From the human T2T-CHM13v2.0 reference genome, Homo sapiens, in the NCBI RefSeq assembly GCF_009914755.1, contig NC_060929.1: 64,000 bases of DNA; one strand, 5' to 3'. Made by a program: the position numbers and the translations under genes. The notes beneath the pieces are model-generated. The model did no database searches. It saw only the letters and a program-made list of their open reading frames with translations, and was not told the origin of the DNA. This document shows positions 1 through 14,986 of this stretch, one piece after another (within the stretch, counting starts at the first letter, position 1; every line of letters starts with the position of its first letter).

Positions 1-295
1 ACAAAAAAAAAAAAAAGAGGTTTATTGGACTTACCGTTCCTCTTGGCTATCGATGCCTCACAACTGTGGCAGAAGATGAAAGGCATGTCTCACATGGTGG
101 CAGACAAGAGAAGAGAGCTTGTGCAGGGAAACTCCCCTTTTTAAAACCATCAGATCTCCCGAGACTTATTCACTATCATGAGAACGGCATGGGAAAGATC
201 TGCCCCCGTGATTCAATTACCTCCCACTGAGTCCCTCCCACAACACATGGAAATTCAAGATAAGATTTGGGTGGCAACACAGTCAAACCACATCA
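1..295 (-). mobile_element. THE1-family MaLR LTR, truncated by the window start
   Basis: Ends ...gatttgggtggcaacacagtcaaaccacatca, the reverse complement of the THE1 5' end TGATATGGTTTGGCTGTGTCCCCACCCAAATC. Confidence 0.9.
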
Positions 296-554
296 CCATA
301 ATAGAGTTCTCATGATATCTGGTTGTTTGAAAGTGCGTGGCCGCTCCCACCTCTCTTCCTCCTGCTCCAGGCATGTAAGATGTCCCTGCTTCCCCTCCAC
401 CTTCTACCATAATTGTAAGTTTCCTGAGGCCTCCCCAGAATCTGCTGTGCTTCCTGTACAGCCTGCAGAGCTGTGAGCCAATTAAACCTCTTTTCTTTAT
501 AAATTACCCAGCCTCAGGTATTTCTTCATAGAAATGCAAGAACTAACAAATACA
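296..554 (+). mobile_element. MST-family (MSTA/B-like) MaLR LTR, 3' part
   Basis: tgtaagtttcctgaggcctccccag...gtgagccaattaaacctcttttctttataaattacccag...aataca is a typical MST 3' end. Confidence 0.85.
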
Positions 555-843
555 CTACTACTTGTAACTGGGACTTGAAGTGGGAGAGGAGGAATCTTGC
601 AAGACTGAGTGCTTAACCTGTGGGGTCTGACTAACTTTGATTGCTATCAAAATTAAATTGAATTGTAAGACATGGAGCTGGCATCTTACAATTTAATTTA
701 ATTTTACTGTTGAGTCTGCACGGCTGGTAGGAGGATTGATGGTGTGAGAAAAACCCTACACATCTGGTGTCAGAAGTGAAGTACTGAGAGTGAGAGGATA
801 GTGTAGGGAGTACAGAGAGTATAGTTTATTTTTCCTATAGACA
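555..843 (+). mobile_element. MER21-like LTR, 3' part
   Basis: Similar to the 3' part of the element at 23223-24060 (ttaacctgtggg, tgtcagaagtga, gagag...atagtgta). Confidence 0.6.
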
Positions 844-2685
844 AGATAACTCTTCCTTTCTCTTTACCTCTGCATACTTCACTTCTAACTGAAGCTGTAC
901 TATTGTTTTGTTCCCACTAGCCCTTGTTAGTTCTTTAAGCCCAATCCTCAACTCCAAAGTTGCTGCGTTCTGTTTAGCCAACATGAAGGGATGCCTGGAG
1001 ACAGCCTGACTTTCTCGCTATCTAAAAATTCTAGATAGAGCTTAGGGACTTGGGTTGGATGAGGGTCCTGGGAAATCTACAAGAGACTCTTTGGCCTCAT
1101 TATTTTAGACTTGAATGATAAAAACATGGCTAAACAACAGAACAGAGATAATTGCTTTTGAAATTTTCGTGACACTCTATTTAAATTAAAACTGTTAAAA
1201 CCCCAAGGAGAAACATTCATTTTCCATCTTTTTCAATGTTTTTCTTAGAGCCATGAATTCTAGACATAAACCATAAAGGCCCCTCACTAAAAACCCGGCA
1301 TAGAAGGCAGTGCAATCTGCACAGGGGGACATGGCAGACATGCAGATGAGAAGGCACTCCTATCACTTCAGGGATCCTTTATTAACCTGAAAAGCTCTTC
1401 TAAGGTATGGCTGGAAATCTGACCCCTGAGACCTGGAAGTTAGGTATGGATGACTGTGGCACTTACAAAGTAATTTCAACCTCTGCCTTAAAAGCCAATG
1501 AGACCTGTAGGGCAGAGGCTGTGGCTAAGTGTTAATGACCAAACTTCCCTAGTCTCTGTGCCTCCTCCAGTTAGTCAGAATTTTACTTGGCTCTGGCTAC
1601 AAAAAACTATCTTCTTACCAGAGCCACATCTACTTTCCAATAAAGTATATCCTTTGCTGTAAGTAGCTATGCCTTTGAGTAAGTTATGTAAAAATTGTAA
1701 TACTGCTGTGAGTATAACTGAAACCACTAAATCCATGAAATCCGTAGACTTCTAGAATCTTGGGCTCCCAAAGTTTCCTCCAGAAAAATGCCTTCCCCGA
1801 ATTGCTCTGCGCTTATGGTCAATTTCTGATTCTGCATCTGCCTCTTTCCACCAAGACTCACTTTTGCTTGCCTCTAGAGTTTCCTTCAGTGTGGACAATG
1901 CATCTAAATGTGCCCCAGGCACACTGGCCTCTTTACTGTTGAATCTGCAGGGCTGGTAGGTATGGTTCTGCCTCAGGGCCTTTGTGCTTCCCACTCTCCT
2001 CTGGAATGCTCTCTCATGGTTACCTACATAGTAACTGACCACCACCCTAGGCTAGGAACTTCCCCTGGGGACACAGGGGTGCCAAGGCATCTCTGTGAGA
2101 CCCCATGGGTCTTACACATAGTCTCTGTAGTAACTGTCTTCCCTTGTAGTCTCTGTGTGGTTCCTCAGGAGTGGAGCCCCTGGGGGAATGTCAACTCACC
2201 TTTTGTGGACTCCCTCTATTTAGAGTCCCAGCATACTCCCTGGCGTGGGGAAGATGAAGAGATTAATCACATAACAAAGGTGTCAGAGGAAAGAATGGAA
2301 ATATTTGAGAAGGGAAGTGCAAATGGATAGATACTGTAAAAACATAGACCATAGGTTTAGTGAGGAGTTTTTATTCCTTAAGGGTTGATTTAAAGAATAA
2401 CTGGGGAAATAAAATCTATGAAAAGATTGGATTCCAAGGAGACAAAAGTTAAGATTCCAGATAGAGGCAGAAGCTTGATGAGCTTAGCATTTTGTAGCCT
2501 AATTAGTGGGCTCCAGGCTTTCTAACAAATTCTAAATGAAACCTTGGTAACCATGGTGCTGGACCATGCGTTGAGGAATAAGGTCTCTGCCTGCCACACA
2601 ATAGTCATTCCAATATGGACTCAATAAGAGTCTATTAGATAGCTAGATTATCTGGGAGGCTTCAATCTTTATAGGATAGATGATT

Positions 2686-2814
2686 TTTTTTTTTTTTAAG
2701 ACGTAGTCTCTCTCTGTTGCCCAGGCTGGAGTACAGCGGTGTGATCTCAGCTCAATGCAACCTCTGCCTCCCGGGTTCAAGCAATTCTCCTGCCTCAGCT
2801 TCCTGAGTAGCTGG
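2686..2814 (-). mobile_element. 5'-truncated Alu (right-arm portion only) with 12-bp TSD
   Basis: Poly(T) followed by the Alu right arm. GGATAGATGATT occurs at 2674-2685 and 2815-2826. Confidence 0.92.
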
Positions 2815-3991
2815 GGATAGATGATTCTTAAAACTCTTGGAGACTAACAATCACCTGCAGAACTTCTTAAATATATCCATGAGCAGACCTAGGCACAGAG
2901 CTACAGAATCAGGCGTCCCATTACTCCATTGAGATTTTAAGCATTGCCTTTGTTTGCACATACAGATGTAGGTTTGGAAGTGGGACCATTTTAACTCTTT
3001 ATTCCACTTAATAGATTTATTTGTAATTCCAGATTTATCTAAATATTTTAAGTTTCTTCCTATAAAGAATAAAGGGTTTGATATAAATATATGTTATAAA
3101 TTGTTTACTTAAATAACATGATGTTTTAGAAATTGCTTCCTTATATTATCTTTTTAAATCTTCTTTTCTTTAAACCAACAAGCACACTTGACTAGGAAGT
3201 TATCTTTAAGTATGCAGGGCTCATGTTTTCTAATACTTTGAAATTGTTCTCATAGTTCTTCATAATTTTCTCTTGTTTTTCGCATATAATCATAAGGTAG
3301 AATAAAAAGTTAAGGTTTTATGGCTAAGAGGATCTAGCTCTGCTAGTAAATCATCTTGCTTGCCCTCAATTTCCTCTGTGTAAAGTGTAAGCACTTGAAA
3401 ATGAGGTTCTTTTTAAGTTTTGTGTGGATAGTAACCCACGTCTATAACGAAACTTCAACAAATGTGATGAAAGTAACTTGGATTTCAACAAAAACATCTC
3501 TCTAAATCAAACTGGTACATATGCTGCCATTTAGCTGTCATTTCTAACAAAATATTTTAAACTAAACTTCTTATTTTGCTGTCAAAACTAGCTCCTCATT
3601 ATGGCTTCCTTATTTCTGTCCAAGGCCTTTTCTTTCCATCATTCTCATTCTACGTTTTAGAATCCGTCCTCACTCTAAGTTGTTCTCACATTTTCCATAC
3701 CCAGTTGCCAAGCGCTGTTGATTATTATTTATTAGTATTTCTCAACTATTTCATGCTTTATTTCCTTTATCCCTGCTGCTATAATCAGTCTTAATGGCTT
3801 GTATATACTGCCCCAAATTAAAATGACTAGTTAATATGAAACATAGTTCACTTGGGGGCCAGGTGCGGTAGCTCATGCCTGTAATCCCAGCACTTTGGGA
3901 GGCCAAGGCGGGCAGATCACTAGGTCAAGAGATCGAGACCATCCTGGCCAACACGGTGAAACCCCGTATCTACTAAAAACACAAAAATTAG

Positions 3992-4533
<542 letters not shown>

Positions 4534-4669
4534 CTAGAATTCAAACATTTCCATAAGCACACCTCTCTAAGCTGCTCCATGAAATAGTTACAATAATAGT
4601 GAAACGCTATTATTGCCAATGTGAAGATGAGAAAACAAGTTAAAAAACTTGCCCTATGCCATAATATAC

Positions 4670-5153
4670 AAAAAAATCCACTAAAGAGGATCTTCTTAAA
4701 AAGAAAAAAGAAAGAGAGAGAAGTAAAAAGACTTTATTTCGGTGAAGAGTTTGCAGACCAGGAAAATGCAGCCTTCAGTACAAAACAAAGGTGCATTCGA
4801 GAGAACAAGGAGAAGGACTGTCTTTATTAATAGACAAAGTTTCTGCCCAGGTTCTCACTCTGGTTTACTTATGCAAATGAAGGATGCAAAATTATTTAGT
4901 TCTGACTGGCTGATGCTTGTTGAGTTTTGATTGCAGATGCAGGACACAGTCTATTGATTGATTCAGGCTGCACAAACAGGAATAGGTAGCTATGAAAGTC
5001 CCAAAGTTAGGTGAGGCGTAAGGGTTTTCCCAGAACATAGAGTATGTGTATTGGCCTCCAGTCACCAAATGGCTGCTTGGCTCTATTTTGAATTAAGGCC
5101 CATTCAGCCACTTAGGATCCATCTTGAAGGATTGACTCTTTCAGGGTTCATAC
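4670..5153 (-). mobile_element. ERV1-class solo LTR (MER67-like), apparently interrupting a MIR
   Basis: The reverse complement starts tg..aaccctgaaagagtcaatccttcaagatggatcc..agtggctg, as recalled for MER67-type LTRs. MIR-like sequence lies on both sides. Subfamily is uncertain. Confidence 0.55.
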
Positions 5154-5278
5154 ATATTATTATCATCAAAGTGATGATTCCAAACCAGGCTAGCTGAGTC
5201 AAGTCTATACTGTTAACTACGTTAAAATGTCAACATCTTGGACTTTTCTGCCTCTGAATGCTTGTTCTTTCTAGAATA

Positions 5279-5641
5279 TTTATCTCAGTCCCTTCAGGCA
5301 TGTATAGCAAAACACTGTAGACTGGGTCGCTTATAAACAACAGAAATTCCTTTCTCATAGTTGTGGAGTCTGGGAAGTACAAGATCAAGGTTTCAGTAGA
5401 TTCAGGGTCTGGTGAGAGCCCACTTTCTGGCCCATAGATAGCATGTTTTCACTGTGTCGTCATATGGCCAGAAGGAGCAAGGAAGCTAGCTCCCTTTATA
5501 AAAAGGCACTAATTCCAATCATGAAGGCCCCAACCAAGATCTAATTAATTCTCACAGGCTCCATCTCCAAATACCATCACACTGGGAATTAGATTTCAAC
5601 ATATGAATTTTGGAGGAAACTCAAACATTCATTGTACAGCA
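5279..5641 (-). mobile_element. MLT1A/MSTD-like MaLR LTR
   Basis: ttataaacaacagaaatt...tgggaagtacaagatcaagg...ataccatcacactgggaattagatttcaacatatgaattttgg. Confidence 0.8.
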
Positions 5642-7020
5642 ATGTCCTTCCTACATTTAACATGCACTCTGTTTATTATCCCCTATTCAGGCATGTATAT
5701 CCTTTAAGACTAAGTTCAAGAATCTTTCTCTTGTCTGTCCTGGTCATTTTTGACAGCAGTGTTGTCTCCTTCTTTACATGTTATCACCTATTTCAATAGG
5801 AACTCCTTGTCACTTGAATGTTATTTTTTATTGAAATGCAATTATATTTCTTGTGTCTCTTACTATCATGTAAGGGTAGAATATATGTCATATCACCAAA
5901 GTGACATGCATAGAGTGTTAGTCATAAGGGCTCTTTGATAAAAATGTTATAAATGCATGAATTCACATGTATTAACAGAGGTATAAAATCTACACTTTAG
6001 ATTTAAATATATGCTTTGCCCCTATACTGTATCTCTTGTTGTAAATAAAAAATACATAACTAGATAAAGTTTCGAAGTCTTAGTATGCATTTGAGAATTC
6101 AGCCCTGTTCTATATCTAGATTTACAAGGAAAATTATTTTCTAACATGGGATTGATTTAGGAGTCATAAATGTCACCTTGTTATTTTGTAGAGCAACAAA
6201 TAATCACATATCTGCAGAGGGTAACGTGCTAGGTAAATTTATACTGATTATTTTCTTTCCTAATTTACTATTAATGTTGAGTTTTTCTAAGAAACTCAAT
6301 ATGTTACTCTCTTAAGAATGGTTAATAAAAGGTCATAAATAAATTTTCTTACATAATATAGTCATAATTTCTTGACAAATTTGTATCAATAAAAATGAAA
6401 AAATATATATGCTTGGTTAAAGGAACGGTGAGTCATTTGAAATAGCTTACTATGTAACTAGAATAATTGTAACAATTTATTAACTGTAAGGGACTCAAAA
6501 TTTTTTCTCCTACTCATTTTACATATGAGGAAACTATTAACAAAAAGTTAATTGATATGCTTGAATTTACCAAAATAAACCAACTTAGAGCACTTCTTAA
6601 TTAGAAATACAATCATGTTTCATGATATTATACCTCACTATATTCCTGGTCCTAAATCCAATTTTAAATTATTTTAAACATCTTCATATAAGATAATATT
6701 TTTTCTTTTATTTCCACTTAATCACAGAATAGGATGGTTTTAAATACTTGCAATGATAGAGTTTAGAGTAAAACTAATTAGATACATTGCTGGTGCATTT
6801 CAGAGCAACACTACTTAATTGGAGATTACATCATAGAAATTTTGTAATAATGTAATTAAAGAATTCTGAATAATTTTAATTGAAATTAAAACCACTATAT
6901 GTAGATGTTAATGAGATTTGTCATTAACATCTTATTGACTCAATAAGTTGACTCAGATTAAGGTTTTTGGCCAACATATGGATTAACTGAGACTACTAAT
7001 GTGTTTCTATTTCAACCTTC

Positions 7021-7061
7021 TGTGTGTGTGTGCGCGCGCGTGTGTGTGTGTGTGTGTGTGT
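7021..7061. repeat. (TG)n(CG)4(TG)n alternating purine-pyrimidine tract
   Basis: Directly visible. Confidence 0.95.
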
Positions 7062-9239
7062 CTGTTTAATCAATACATCAACATTCTCTTAGTGATGTTT
7101 TGGAATCTATTTAACATTCACATTCAATTGCCTTCCATAATCATTTTAATTACTATAGATATTCTGTTTCTAGTTTATAATTTTCTTGTGCTCATTCTGC
7201 AAATTTCTATTCTTCTTCCACCTTGAATAATTTTTAGGCCTTTCATTTTTTTCCTTTTCCCCTCAGTGGTATTTCTTTTATTAAAAATCCTAGATTGACA
7301 TCGTTAGTGAGTTACACTTCTAATTTTTTCTTTCTGTGCCCAATAGTCTAAGATTATTCAAATGTGATAGCACCCTTTGCACCAAAATAAATACATTTGG
7401 GCCTAATTAACTTCTGTTCATTAAAAATGACCTTGTTGCGATTAAGCAGGCATTAACACAGACTCAGCTTTCCCAGAGATACATTTAGAAGTCACCAAAA
7501 GAGAAGGGAACTTTTAGACACTCTGAGCCTTCCAGTCATATGACTCAGACAACACTGAATTCTGATGGCGTTATTAACAATATCATCTTTAATAAGAGAT
7601 TCATTTGTCCAATAATGCTAATGAATGCTTTTCAACAGTGAGCATGTTAATATTTGCAGAGTTCTTCACTCTCCTTACCATGTCAGTGTCCATACTCCCT
7701 CTTATGATAAATATGTATGTTTCACTGAGTATGCAAAAATCACAAAGTTCCATAGTAAAATGTATTGAATTATATTGCATTAAATACAATACACTCTCCT
7801 TTGGAAAGAAAAAGAAGTTTAGAAAATGTATCCGTTAATTGTCAATGTTTACATTTAATCCTCTTTCATCAGCAATTACCACTCTGTTAATCTAGAAGAG
7901 GTTAATTTACAAAGTAAATAGTGTACTAATGAAGATTCAATATTTACTTAGATTTGTTTTCTGTATACAATCTTATTTTTTTATTTGAAATCATACAATT
8001 GTGACCGTTACTTCACATTTATAAAAACCCTACCTCTTCAACCTTTTCCTTGCTTCTCTATTTTCATTTTCATAATCTTCACCATATACTAAAGAAATGT
8101 AACAGACATGCTTATGAACTCTCTCAGTTATGTGGAGACATGCTATGATTAGTAAATATAAGAGTCAAATCCTGGTTTGCATACAGGCAGATCAAGAGGA
8201 GCCTTTTCCCTATTAGAAAAAATATTGTACTATGGAACTGGGTCTTACTAACAATTATACTTACTTTCTTGGCCACCTTGGGTAAATCATCTTACTTCTC
8301 TGGGCTTCAGTCTCCTTTATAAATTAAAGGTATTAGACTAGTATCAACAATCTCAAACATGAATGTATCTTTAAATTAATCTGGGAGCTTTTTAAAAACT
8401 ACCCTTGCTCAGGCCTTGTGATCAGAATCTATCTTGGGTGAGTCTGAGAATCAGTAAACATTGAAAGTACACAGATAATTTGATTTTATAGTCACAGTTG
8501 ATAAAACTGGATTAGAGGAACATTAATGTTTCTTGCAGTTCAAAGAAATTCGAAAAGAGACTAATAAGATGTTAAGAAGGTATAGTATTTAGATACTAAG
8601 GAATCTAAAATATGCCTTTCTGGAAAACTTGAAATGTATATGCTTTTTATAAAAAGGTAATTCCTGTTTTTTTTTTTTTTTTACTATTATGCACCACTGC
8701 TGGTGAGCATCAGCATGTGCTCCTAGAAATAGTTTCTGCCTGGAGTTTTTAATGACTGAAGCTTCCCACACTTGCCGTTCATTAGAAACACATGCCCTGC
8801 AGGTAACCACTGTACAGTTGGTCTTCTCATGAGAAGTCACAGAAATTCGCTACAGCAATGCAATGAGTGCTGCAGACATAAACTTATTGTTTCAATTTAT
8901 CCGCAGTTCTTGGAAGGGAACAAGAAAAATAAAATCTAGCCATAGTTAAGTTTCAAAGACATTTCTCTGCCAGGCATAAGTACATGGTTTAGAAGATAGA
9001 ACTGAGAATTTCAAGGAATCTACAAAAGTCAACTTCTTCCAGTGCCTAATTTTAGCGAAAAAGAGTAAAGCAATACTGAGTTTAAATGGCTATAACTTGT
9101 AAAAAGTATTACATTAAAATAAGGAAAACAATCTTCTTCATAAGTATAAAATAATGCAACCCATTTCATCTTTTATAAGGTTTAATTAAGCATTTTAATG
9201 AGAATTAGAGTAATTTTCTTAAACAGCAAGAGGAAATTT

Positions 9240-9395
9240 AAATGTATATTATGTTATATATTAATATATAAATAGTATATATTAATATATAAATAGTATA
9301 TATTCAAATATATACTTAAATATTTATATATTTAAACAGTACATATAACGTAATTTTACTTCATGTATAAATTATATATAAATATGTGTATATCA
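9240..9395. repeat. AT-rich low-complexity tract with a ~21-bp tandem duplication
   Basis: tattaatatataaatagtata occurs twice within (TA)-rich sequence. Confidence 0.8.
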
Positions 9396-9839
9396 AATAG
9401 GTTAAAGTACTATATTTGCCGAACTTTAATGAATGGCCTTGTTTCCCACTGTAATTCATAATCAAGTACATTTATATATTTAGAAATGTATCAGTCATTT
9501 ATTATTGCAAGTGTCTTAAACACTGAGTAGCCTATACAAAGAGTTGATCTCTCACTCACAGGTGGATCAGCTCTGGACCTACAGAGCTCGTCTCAGATCA
9601 GCTATCTTGACTCTAAGCGATAAGCTGAGTTCATGTGTGTGCACATTCAGGGGTTATACTACCTGGGGTATGTTTCTCATGGCAGATGGCAGAACACAGA
9701 AGAATATGAGACGTTATGTCTCTCGAGGTCTCAGCTTGGAACTGGCGTAGTGTTACATCACTGATAATGTCTTAGCCACAGCCAGACTCATGAAAAAGAG
9801 CGGACTAAATGTTTGCACATGATATTTTATTTTACGCAA

Positions 9840-11000
9840 TTCATTTATTTACTCATTCATTCAATTGCTTATTTAATCATTCCTTAAAATACATAAGCTG
9901 AGAGCTGACTATATGGATGGCAACAGGCAAATACAATAGATACAGTAGTGAAAAAAATAAACATGGTGTCTTTTGTTATCAGTCCAAAGCTCAGTGGAGC
10001 AGTGAGTGATACTAATCAAACAACTGCACAAATGCATCTCTAAGTAAATTATTTTAAAAGTACAGTTAAAGGAAACAAGTAGGTGCTATTAAGTACATGA
10101 TATAATATCAGGGTTCAAGAAAATTTTCAGAGCAAATGGCAAATGAGATACGTATATTCAGTCTGCCCTTCAAGTCTGCAGGTTCAACCAATTGTGCATG
10201 AAAACTATTTGGAAACATTAATAACAGTGTAACAAGTAAAAATATAAATAAAAATACATTATAATGATGATTTACATAGCATTTACATTGTATTAAGTAT
10301 TATAAATAGAGATGATTTAAAGTAGATTACTAAAATCATCTACTTCAGTAATGTTATAGCAAATATAACATATATGGTTACCTGCAAATACTATACTATG
10401 CCATTTTATATTAGAAACTTGAACATCCATGGATTTTGGTATCTGGGGGCAGGAAGTTCCTGAAACCAATTCCACATGGATACCAAGGGACCACTCTGTT
10501 ATCTAGCCAAAAATGATGTAGTGGAAAGAGGAAAGAGTGTTTGAAGCAAATGAGTGTGTGCAATTTCTTATAAAGAGAGAAATCATGTTTGCGTGAAGAA
10601 ATTTTTTTAAAAAAAGAAATAAAAGACATGAGAGAGAATGATATGGGCTAGAACCGTAAAGAGAGGCAGGGGTCAGATTACTTAAGGTCTCATGTTCCAC
10701 AATAAAAATTTTTAATTTTTACCTAGGAGCAATAGGAAGATGGTGAATACTTTTAAGTAAAAACATGATGCGAAGTATTTATATTTCCATTTTAAAATAT
10801 CTCTCTGGATCCAGTAAAAATATTGGAGGGAGACAAGAGTGAATTGAAAGTTTTTTCATCCAAGAGAAAGTATATTTGTCTCTAACTTGATGCTTTCAGA
10901 CAAATGCACTGGAAAGAGATTTTGAAGATAAAACTCAAAGTACTTAGTGAAAAGTTACAGAATGTCAGGCAGAACGAGGTTCAAGGCTCACTCCTACTAC
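9840..11000 (-). mobile_element. Degenerate L2 fragments, interrupted by MER2
   Basis: tcattcattcaa at the 3' end and typical L2 phrases (ggggtcagatta...aggtct, aggagcaataggaag). Confidence 0.55.
10159..10498 (-). mobile_element. MER2 (Tigger-group DNA transposon derivative)
   Basis: ttgaacatccatggattttggtatc...aaccaattccacatggataccaaggga..actctg and atttacatagcatttacattgtatta. Confidence 0.85.
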
Positions 11001-11938
11001 TCAGGCATACATGACTTGGTATAAAGTATACGCTTAGAAGCTGGTTTTCTTGAGTCACTTGCTTCTTTCTCTTCTCCAATTATTTTATGTTGAGCTTTCA
11101 ACTGTTGAAGAAACTGTATATTTACTTTTTTTATAATAGAGATTTCTTGAAATCACATTTCCCATGAAGTTCTTGGCCCTGGTTCAGTTTTCTCCATGTC
11201 TTTACAGAGCTGGCAACGTCAAAGCCAGTGGCTTAGAATAGGCATAGTTAAAGAAAAGACCAATTTACACAACTGTCATATTTTAAAAGAAGACATCTGG
11301 TCTCTTAACTCTGGTGTTATTCTGTTTGAGCCTGGTGGCTACTGTGTATACAATTATCAGCATATTAACAGTAATAATTTTCTTGGGAATAAGTTAACAT
11401 TAACCTTAGTTCTCTCAATTGCTGAGGGACTCCACAATCCCAGAGGGGAAATCGTGTTTCACATTGTGTTTTTTAAAAAGCAACTGTATGTACTAGAAAA
11501 TGTTTTATAACTCCAACATAGAAATTATTACTCACCTCTTCTTAGTCTTCCAAAGAGGCTAGATGGTGAAATGAGTTAGACAATTCCACCATTCTTTTTG
11601 AAAAAAGAAAAATTCACTATATAAAAGCCTATATGTGTCTTCTACATAGCTGTTGGATAGATAAAGCTATTTCCAGCAATTTTTTTAAAAGATTCAAAGA
11701 AGTTATACTACTGTAAGGAATTTTTTTGTCTGTATATTAGAAATGAACTAGAATGTTTGCACAGAAATAATCTTTTTCTTTCAATTGTCTGTTTCAAAAT
11801 ATCACATAATATTCAAAATCATTTTAATATAGAAAGATTTCTAGAAATCAAAAATTATTGCTAATATTATTAAAGTAATTACAGTTTAATTCACACACAT
11901 AGAATCAACTACAAATAATAGAAAGAATCAGTCCATAT

Positions 11939-12310
11939 TGTATTAGTTCGTTTTCATGCTACTGATGAAGACATACCCGACACTGGGCAATTTATGAAAG
12001 AAATAGGTTTAATGGACTTACAGTTCCACATAGCTAGGGAGGCCTCACAATCATGGTGGAAGGCAAGGAGGGGCAAGTCACGTTTTACATGGGTGGTGAG
12101 AGGCAAAGAGAGAGAGAGCTTGTGCAGGAAAACTCCTGTTTTTAAAACCATTAGATCTCATAAGACTTATTCACTATGACAAGAACAGCATGGGAAAGAC
12201 CTACCCCTATGATTGAATTACCTCCCACCGGGTTCCTACCACAACACGTGGGAATTGTGGGAGTTACAATTCAAGATGAGATTTGGGGTGGACACAGCCA
12301 AACCATATCA
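11939..12310 (-). mobile_element. THE1 (THE1B-like) solo LTR, full length
   Basis: tgtattagt...cagccaaaccatatca. The 5-bp flanks catat/tatat are a TSD with one mismatch. Confidence 0.93.
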
Positions 12311-13224
12311 TATATGAACTATGTGATACTCCTCAAAACCCTGGATTACAGTCAGATTAGGACTATTTCTGAGAAATAAAGTGTAGTCGTTAATCCTCAA
12401 TTTTGTGTCAAAATGCTAGTTACAATGGAATAACATTGTTGCCCACTTCAAGCTAATTGCTTTTTGAGGAAATGATTGCATATATATTTCCACATGTACA
12501 TCATTTTATCTCTGAAATATATGACCACCCAAGTATCTGGAGAAACACTCTTCATTATTAATTTGTATAGTTATTCATATCAGCCATTGTCATAGAAATC
12601 TTTTCCTTCAGTAATTTTTAGAGATAAAATCCTTCATTTAAGAATAATTTAAAGTTAATGGTAGAATTATATAACAGAGAAGACAGTAATTATAGCTACA
12701 ATAATGATTTTGCTAATGTCCATCATCAATCTGATGGTGTAGCTATCTACAGAAATCATTAGGTTACCAAAATTAATGTATTATCCAGAGGCAAAATTTC
12801 TTTTGAAATATTTACTGAGTTCCCAATATATGTCATGACCTGTGTTGGCATGGGTGATAGATTTGTTTCTATCTTCAAAGACTAAAATCTAATACTATAA
12901 CAGAAAAGCTTAAATATTTTTCATGCGTACAACCTGGCCTTCATTCTTTTAATCCAAAACATTAGGGCTACAAATACTGTTTATTTCACCAAGGATTATA
13001 GAGTTATGTCATGTTCTGTTGACTGTTATTATTTATGACATAATTTTGAACAATAAATTATGATTTGAGAAGAAGAAATTAGGTAAAAATGATGAGGAAT
13101 ACTTAGAGCTAAGCAATACAAAAGAAAAGCTTTGGAGGTGAATTCAAAACCTAAAGGATGACACTGAAGTACAACTTGATTGTAAAACTAGTTTTGTAAC
13201 TAGATAAATATCCTTATTCATTTA

Positions 13225-13551
<327 letters not shown>

Positions 13552-13559
13552 TGAGTAAT

Positions 13560-13805
13560 AAAAATAATAATTGTACCAGAGTTAACATTCCTAATGCTTA
13601 TATATTGTAGGCTTTGAATTAAATTTGTTAAGTAAATTCTCATTCCTGAAAACTCTACCCTGAGGTATGCATTATTATTATCCATCACATTTTATAGAAG
13701 ATCAAACTTCTGTAGCAAATGAGCTTGAATTCACAATTTTAGTAGTGAGCAGAGCTAGAAATAAAACACAGGATAAATTTAGAGTGCATGATATAAACAC
13801 TATAA
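13560..13805 (-). mobile_element. MIR fragment
   Basis: ctcattcctgaaaactctaccctgaggtatgcattattattatccatcacattttatagaag matches the MIR core. Confidence 0.65.
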
Positions 13806-14350
13806 TAAGGTTACTAGTATAAGATATGAATTTCAGAGAAATCTTTTGAGCTCCCAAAGAGATTGAGTAAAACAGTCGATCGGTGTCTACTGGGGTTCAA
13901 AATATGCTAATACTTGTCCATCTTCCTATTAGAAATAAGATAAGGATGTCTCTCAAACTAAAGCTTTCTACACTTAAAAAAAAGACAACTATATTTGTTA
14001 TCTATTAACCTAAGATCAAATGAAAGATTCACAAAGTTTTCTCATGGACACCGAATCTGACAGCGGAGATTCACATACATAGACAGACTACATTTTTCAG
14101 ATATTGCTACACAGTAGGGAGTACTAAAGAGGTCAACATAAGCTGATGCAGGCACAGCTCCTAAAACTGTATCAGTAGCACTGCAGCTTTTTTTCCCTAC
14201 TGATTTCTACTAATTCCTGACCCAATAATATGCCAGTCTACATATGTGGAGACCAGATACACCAGGTCAGTATGTACTTCACTAATCATAACACTCAACT
14301 TTCTAATCTTATGCTCGCTTTGATGTCTGGCACATATTAGGACACAGACT

Positions 14351-14654
<304 letters not shown>

Positions 14655-14849
14655 AGGATACAGACTTTTAAATCAATTTATGTATGATTCTAGTGACTTT
14701 CAAATTTATACTTGACAGTCTTCTGGAAGTAAATGAAAAAATAGTTAAAGACTTTAAAATAAAACACTGACAAAGTAAAAGTCTAAGTATTTTTCATGTG
14801 AATAGACTTGGCTTCATTCTTTTAATCAAAGACATTGGATAAAAACAGT

Positions 14850-14986
14850 AGTGTTCCTGTAGTCCAAGCTACTTTGTGAGATGAGGCAGGAAGATCTCTT
14901 GAGCCTGAGTCCAGCCAAGGCAACATAGCAAGATGCCATCTCTAAAATAATAACAATAATAATGATAATAATAATAGTAATAGTAA
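14850..14986 (+). mobile_element. Monomeric old Alu (FLAM-like) with (AAT)n tail
   Basis: cctgtagtccaagctac...tgaggcaggaagatctcttgagcc...gcaacatagcaaga. Confidence 0.75.

Noticed and set aside
1752-2330. Overlapping ORFs of 60-140 aa in moderately GC-rich unique sequence
   Set aside because: No recognisable domain, exon structure or promoter context. Lengths are within chance expectation.
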